The notes under the pieces were generated by a model. The model was given only the letters and a program-made list of their open reading frames with translations. It searched no databases and was not told the DNA's origin. The position numbers and the translations under genes were made by a program. Of a stretch of 64,000 nt of DNA, positions 58,894 to 64,000 are shown piece after piece. The DNA lies in contig CAUVXB020000001.1 in assembly GCA_963555825.3 (NCBI GenBank), positions 2,336,001 through 2,400,000 on the forward strand, read 5' to 3'. The DNA comes from Alphaproteobacteria bacterium. Its GTDB lineage: Bacteria; Pseudomonadota; Alphaproteobacteria; JAAXGF01. How positions within the stretch are numbered: the stretch's first letter is position 1; every line of letters starts with the position of its first letter.

Positions 58894-59577
58894 ATGCAGC
58901 AGCCAGTGCGCTTGTCTTTCCGGCTGTCCGACTTGCGGACAGCGGTCTGCGATTCCCCCAAATTGGTCGCGGCCGTGTTGTTGGCCGCATTGATACCGCT
59001 CGCCGGCTGTGGCACCGCATCGCCGCCGACACGACAGGCGGATATCTGCGAGGTGTTCCGGCAGTACCCCGACTGGTATGACTATGCCCGGAAGTCCGCA
59101 AGCCGCTGGGGAACACCGATCCACGTGCAGATGTCGTTCGTGCGCCACGAATCGAGTTATCGGGGCGACGCCCGGCCGCCGCGCCAATGGCTCTGGTTCA
59201 TACCGCTCGGCCGTCCGTCTTCTGCCAAGGGCTATGCGCAGGCACAGGATCCGGTCTGGAACGAATACCAAGCGGAACGGGGACGTCTGTTCCGCAGCCG
59301 CGGCGACATGGAAGATGCCCTGGACTTCATCGGCTGGTACAACCACCGAACCAGACGTCAGCTCGGCATACCCCTCACCGACGCGCAGCGCCTCTACCTC
59401 GCCTACCACGAAGGGCAGGGCGGATATCGGCGGGGCACCTGGAGGGACAAGCCGAAGGTGCAGCGTGCCGCCCGGCGGGTCGCTGCGACCTCGGATCGTT
59501 ATAGAGCGCAGCTTGTGCGCTGTGAATCCAGCTTTCGGTGCGACTCCTGGTATCAAGTCTGGCCGTTCTGCCGCTAA
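58894..59577 (+). CDS. Transglycosylase SLT-like lipoprotein
   Basis: Lipobox LAGC; HESSY, SSAKGYAQA, YLAYHEG. Confidence 0.85.
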   Translation: MQQPVRLSFRLSDLRTAVCDSPKLVAAVLLAALIPLAGCGTASPPTRQADICEVFRQYPDWYDYARKSASRWGTPIHVQMSFVRHESSYRGDARPPRQWLWFIPLGRPSSAKGYAQAQDPVWNEYQAERGRLFRSRGDMEDALDFIGWYNHRTRRQLGIPLTDAQRLYLAYHEGQGGYRRGTWRDKPKVQRAARRVAATSDRYRAQLVRCESSFRCDSWYQVWPFCR

Positions 59578-59951
59578 TCGCCGATCTGCACCCTCGCGAT
59601 ATGCGGGTGCACTAGCGCGTATGAATCCGCATGCCAAGTGGAGAGTCTTTACGTTGAAGGGAGTCGAAACTACATGGGCGGCGTCATCGCGCGCGAGGAC
59701 CTCTCGGCCGGGTTCGGCGGTACCCGCTGATCCCTTCGGTCTCGGCGGTGCGACGCTCGCTGCTTTGCTAGGGCGGGCCCATCGCCCCTTCTTGCACGGC
59801 GAACCGGACCGCGCTGGCTCCAGCCTGGCGATGCCGCTGTGATGAGCACCAGCGCGATCAGCGTGGTAAAGATCATGAAATAGCCGACAGTCGCAATCAT
59901 CAAGGGCAAGGTCGAGGCTCCGGTGAAGACGGGCACGGCGCAGGTTCCTGG

Positions 59952-60137
59952 TGATCCTCCCCCATCGAATTGGTCCATCCTTGGGTTTGGGAATGAGGAG
60001 GATCAACGATGGCAAGGAAGCGTTACAAGCCGGAGGAGATCGTCAGCCTGCTGCGGCAGGCGGAGGTTCTGCACAGCCAGGGCATGTCGATGGCGGATGC
60101 GATCCGGCAGTTGGGGATCAGCGAGGTCACTTACTAT
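59952..60137 (+). mobile_element. IS3-family left-end remnant
   Basis: TGATCCTCCCCCA end; truncated orfA MARKRYKPEEIV...GISEVTYY from 60009. Confidence 0.85.
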
Positions 60138-60179
60138 ATCTATGGACGGCTCTCCCGTTGCAAGGGATGTTGATCTGAG
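60138..60179. mobile_element. Possible IS110/IS1111 terminal remnant
   Basis: CTATGGACGGCTCTCCCGTTGCAAG resembles IS1111-type ends from memory. Confidence 0.4.
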
Positions 60180-60269
60180 GTAGGCATCCGCCGAAGGCTG
60201 CGGGGTATTTGGGGCTGAGTTTGGTGGCGGCGCATTTCCGGTGAGGAAGCGCCAGGCGGAGGTCTCGGC

Positions 60270-61871
60270 CTATGCGGCCTGATCGTGCCGCTGGCTGTCT
60301 TGCCCGTTCCACGGGAGGAGTTCGTCGAGCTGGCTCTGCGGCGTCCCGGCGATGCGGTCGAGGATGTCGGCGAGCCAGGCCTGCGGATCGACATTGTTGA
60401 GCTTGGCGGTGCCGATGAGCGTGTACATCGCCGCCGCCCGCACGCCGCCGCGGTCGGAGCCGGCGAACAGCCACGACTTCCTGCCCAAAGCGATACCGCG
60501 CAGTGCCCTTTCGGCGGCGTTGTTCGTAAGGCAGATGCGGCCGTCGTCGAGGAAGCGGGCGAAGAGGTCCCAGCGCCTGAGCATGTAATCCATCGCCTTG
60601 GCCACGGGGGAATGGCGCGACAGCTTCCTGCGCTCGGCCTGCATCCAGCCCTTGAGATCGGCCAGCACCGGCGCGCTCAGCTCCTGGCGTACGTCGAGGC
60701 GCTGCTCGGCGGCCTTGCCGTTGATCCCGCGCTCGATGTCGAACAGCACGTCGATCCGCTTCACCGCCTCCAGCGCGAGCGGCGAGATCGGCGGCGCGTT
60801 CTTGCCGCGTCCCTTGCTGGCCGCGATGTCGGCGAGCTCGAAGAACTTCCTCCAGCAATGCGACCAGCACGCTGCCTCGGTGACAGGTCCCGGCGATCTT
60901 CCGGCCGCATAGAGGCGGTTGTAGCCGGCGTAGATGTCCGCCTGGAGGATCCCGGTGAAGGTCCGCAGATGCTCGACCGGGTGATCGCCGGACCGGTCCC
61001 GCGAGTAGCGGAATAGTGCCGCCGGCGGGTCAGGACCGCCGAACGGCGCGTCGTCGCGGACGTAGACCCAGGCCCGCGCGGTAGCGGTCTTGCCCTTGGC
61101 CAGCACCGGCACCGGCGTGTCATCGCCGTGCAGACGCTCCGCCGCCAGCACATGCGCCGCGATCCGCTCGTGCAGCGGCCGCAGCGCCACCGTGCAGGCG
61201 CCCACCTGGTCGGCCAGGGTCGACAGGCTGAGATCGACACCTTCGCGCGCGTAGCGATCCCGCTGGCGGTTGAGCGGCTGGTGCTGGCCGTACTTCTCGA
61301 AGACGATCATCGCCAGCAGGTTCGGGCCCGCCCAGCCCCGGGGTGTCGCGTTGAACGGCGCCGGCGGCTGGGAGATCTTCTCGCAATGACGGCAGGTGAA
61401 CTTCTCGCGCACCGTCTGGATCACCTTCCAGCGGCGCGGGATGACCTCCAGCGTCTCGGTCACGTCCTCGCCGATCTTCGACAGCTTCTCCGAGCCGCAG
61501 CAGGCGCAGGATGTCGGCCCCGGCACCACCACGCGCTCGCGCGGAAGGTGCGCAGGAAACGGCTTGCGGGCCGGCTTGCGACGCGTGAACCCCTTGACCT
61601 GCGTCGTTCCGGCCGCCGCCTGTTCGGCCGCCAGCTCGTCCTCGGTCGCGCTCGCCTCAAGCTCGTCGAGCTGAAGCTCCAGCTGGTCGAGAAGCCGCTG
61701 CTTGCGCTCCGAGCGCCAGCCGTACATCTCGCGCCTGAGCTTCTCGATCGTCAGCTTCAGGAAGGCGATCTCCGCCGCGGCGCCGGACACCTTCGCCGCG
61801 GCGTTCGCAGCCCGCGCCTCGGCCGCCGCGAGGGCCGTCTTCAGGGCTGAGATGTTGGACCCGCCGGTCAT
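60270..61871 (-). CDS. tnpC: IS66 transposase
   Basis: HLPRE, zinc finger, LHGDDT, CWSH..RKF, NNAAERALR; element end GTAGGCATCC at 60180. Confidence 0.93.
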   Translation of the reverse strand: MTGGSNISALKTALAAAEARAANAAAKVSGAAAEIAFLKLTIEKLRREMYGWRSERKQRLLDQLELQLDELEASATEDELAAEQAAAGTTQVKGFTRRKPARKPFPAHLPRERVVVPGPTSCACCGSEKLSKIGEDVTETLEVIPRRWKVIQTVREKFTCRHCEKISQPPAPFNATPRGWAGPNLLAMIVFEKYGQHQPLNRQRDRYAREGVDLSLSTLADQVGACTVALRPLHERIAAHVLAAERLHGDDTPVPVLAKGKTATARAWVYVRDDAPFGGPDPPAALFRYSRDRSGDHPVEHLRTFTGILQADIYAGYNRLYAAGRSPGPVTEAACWSHCWRKFFELADIAASKGRGKNAPPISPLALEAVKRIDVLFDIERGINGKAAEQRLDVRQELSAPVLADLKGWMQAERRKLSRHSPVAKAMDYMLRRWDLFARFLDDGRICLTNNAAERALRGIALGRKSWLFAGSDRGGVRAAAMYTLIGTAKLNNVDPQAWLADILDRIAGTPQSQLDELLPWNGQDSQRHDQAA

Positions 61872-61942
61872 CGGCGGGATCGAATCACATCGACCGATTC
61901 GGCGCTACAACATTCCTCCCGCCCGCGTCGTTCCCCCGCCGA

Positions 61943-62290
61943 TCAGCCCGCGCGAGACGGTCGCCAGGTCCGAACCGGGTTCCGCCAATCGATCCCCTCG
62001 AGCAGGTAGCCCAGCTGCGCCGCGCTGATCGACACCGCACCCCCCGACGTCGTCGGCCACTGGAACCGGCCGCGCTCAAGCCGCTTGGCGTAGAGCGAGA
62101 TCCCCACCCCGTCATGCCACAGGCATTTTACGAGGTCGCCTCGACGACCGCGGAAGATATACAAATCCCCCGCATGCGGGTCGCGCCCGAGATCCTCCTG
62201 GACCTGAAGCGCCAGGGTGTTCATGCCGCGCCGCATGTCGGTCACCCCGGTCGCCAGCCAGACCCGAACACCGCCCGGAACCGGGATCAT
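61943..62290 (-). CDS. tnpB: IS66 accessory protein
   Basis: VWLATGVTDMRRG, KRLERGRF.WP. Confidence 0.93.
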   Translation of the reverse strand: MIPVPGGVRVWLATGVTDMRRGMNTLALQVQEDLGRDPHAGDLYIFRGRRGDLVKCLWHDGVGISLYAKRLERGRFQWPTTSGGAVSISAAQLGYLLEGIDWRNPVRTWRPSRAG

Positions 62291-62667
62291 CGGCGTGCCA
62301 GAACCGCCAGCACCCGCGCCAGCGCCGAACCGTCCACCTCCCGGTCGACGATCACCCGCGAGCCATCGGCCAGCGCGATCTCCATCCGTCCCGCCGCCGG
62401 CGCTTTCCCCGCGGCAGCACCCAACGGCGGCGGCTCCACAACCACCGGCACCAAGCCGCCGGCCCCGCCAGCCTGCTCGCGAAACCGGCGCCGCCAGTTG
62501 AACACCAGGTTGGCGTTCACGTCGTTGCGCCGCGCCACAACCGACACAGAAACCCCGGGCTGGTAGCTCTCCGCTACGATCCGGCGCTTCTCGGCATCGC
62601 TCCAGCGACGACGAAGGGCATCGGGGCCTTCCCGCCCGGACCCCGGATTCTCCACTGCTTCCGACAT
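62287..62667 (-). CDS. tnpA: IS66 HTH accessory protein
   Basis: RRRWSDAEKRRIVAES, VARRNDVNAN..FNWRR. Confidence 0.9.
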   Translation of the reverse strand: MSEAVENPGSGREGPDALRRRWSDAEKRRIVAESYQPGVSVSVVARRNDVNANLVFNWRRRFREQAGGAGGLVPVVVEPPPLGAAAGKAPAAGRMEIALADGSRVIVDREVDGSALARVLAVLARR

Positions 62668-62781
62668 CTGCGATCGTGTCCACTTAGCCCGCATTCCCCA
62701 AGTGACCGATCCATCTGATGCGGTTTCCGTCTGATTCCTGTATAAGAATCAGTGGATTAGATCAGACGGAGGGTGGGTCGA

Positions 62782-63936
62782 ATGCGGAACCTGGAGGGTG
62801 AGTCGGATCGGGGGCTTCTGCGGGCGTTTTTCGACCGAAGACTGAAGTTCGAGTTCCACGGTTCGCGGATCACGTCAGACGCTGGTCTGCTCGCCTATCG
62901 TGAACTGGACGAAGCCCTCGGCCTGACCACGCTGGCCGGTGACGTTATTGCTGACAGCCGGACCGGCAAGAACGGTTGGCACGGCATCATCGGTCTCCTT
63001 CGCCAATCCGTCTATGGTCGTCTCGCCGGGTACGAGGACGTGAACGACGCCGACCGGCTGGGGCGCGATCCTGCGATGCGGTGGATCGTCGGCGGCAGGG
63101 CTGTCGAGCGCGGCGGCGCATCGACCAGCCAGATGGGCCGGTTCGAGACGGAGTTACTCGCCACCAATGACAACCTCGCCGCGCTCGCTGACCTTTTGGG
63201 CATCTGGATCGACCAGGTTAACGAGCGCAAGCCGCCGAAGATTATCGTGCTCGACATGGACAGCTCCGTCAGCCCGACCTACGGTGACCAGGAGGGCACG
63301 GCCTACAACGGTCACTTCGGCTGCACGTGCTATCACCCGCTGTTCGTGTTCAACCAGTTCGGCGATCTGGAGCGTTGCGCCCTGCGTCCGGGCAACGTGC
63401 ACAGCGCCCATGAATGGCGCGATGTGTTGGACCCGGTGGTCGCTCGATACCGGAACAAGACACTCCGGCGTTATTTCCGTGGTGACGCCGCCTTCGCCTC
63501 GCCCGAGATTTATGAGTTTCTGGAAGCGGAAGGCTTCAAGTACGCCATCCGGCTTCCGGCCAACAAGGTGCTGCACGACAGCATCGCGCACCTGCTCAAG
63601 CGCCCCGTCGGTCGGCCGCCGAAGGAAGTTCGTCGGTATTACGCGAACTTCAGCTATCGGGCCGGTAGCTGGACGAAGCCCCGCCGGGTCGTCGCCAAGG
63701 TGGAGTGGCACTCAGGGGAACTGTATCCCCGCGTCGGCTTCATCGTCACCAACCTGAGCCGTCCTGCCGAGCGGGTTGTTGCGTTCTACAATCAGCGCGG
63801 CACTGCCGAGCAATGGATCAAGGAAGGCAAGAACGCCATCAAGTGGACGCGGCTGTCATGCCGTTCGTTACGCAACAATGCCGTCCGGCTCCAGCTGCAT
63901 GCACTCGCCTATAACCTCGGCAACTTCATGCGTACG
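62782..63936 (+). mobile_element. IS1380-family transposase, C-terminally truncated (element end near 62687)
   Basis: Manual translation: ITSDAGLL, GYEDVNDA, LDMDS, CYHPL, RGDAAF, FYNQRGTAEQWIKEGK; absent from the ORF track (no stop). Confidence 0.88.
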
Positions 63937-64000
63937 GCGAAGCGGGTGTTTCAACTGTATTGGGTCGACATGGAAACGGGCGAGATCGTGGATTTACGGC
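63937..64000 (+). pseudogene. Probable IS110-family transposase N-terminal piece
   Basis: AKRVFQLYWVDMETGEI resembles the IS110 DLAK.VFQ motif. Confidence 0.55.

Noticed and set aside
58798-60015. 405-aa minus-strand ORF
   Set aside because: Antisense to the SLT lipoprotein and crosses an IS3 end

Overview
High-GC alphaproteobacterial (Rhodospirillales-like, inferred from gene order) chromosomal window. Positions 1-52.5 kb are mostly core genes: a reduced isc cluster (cysE-iscR-two cysteine desulfurases-iscA-fdx), anmK/tyrS, an AsmA-like gene, glnE, prfB with its programmed frameshift, mrcA-amiC/rne, M48 peptidase-glpK-DsbA, amtB and an MttB-family gene. A 3.8-kb lower-GC islet (IS256 plus an AbiE-type type IV toxin-antitoxin pair with a frameshifted toxin) is integrated in the 5' end of a PhyH gene. 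From about 53.6 kb to the end lies a mobile region: two tandem intact tyrosine integrases followed by IS21, IS630, IS3, IS110, IS66 and IS1380 elements or remnants. The main unexplained signal is non-coding: a ~175-bp three-hairpin repeat occurs six times, always in the same orientation, with structure-preserving variation. At least three further unrelated palindromic miniature elements occupy other intergenic gaps. No tRNA, rRNA or CRISPR array was seen. All calls were made by eye from motifs; no database search was run.
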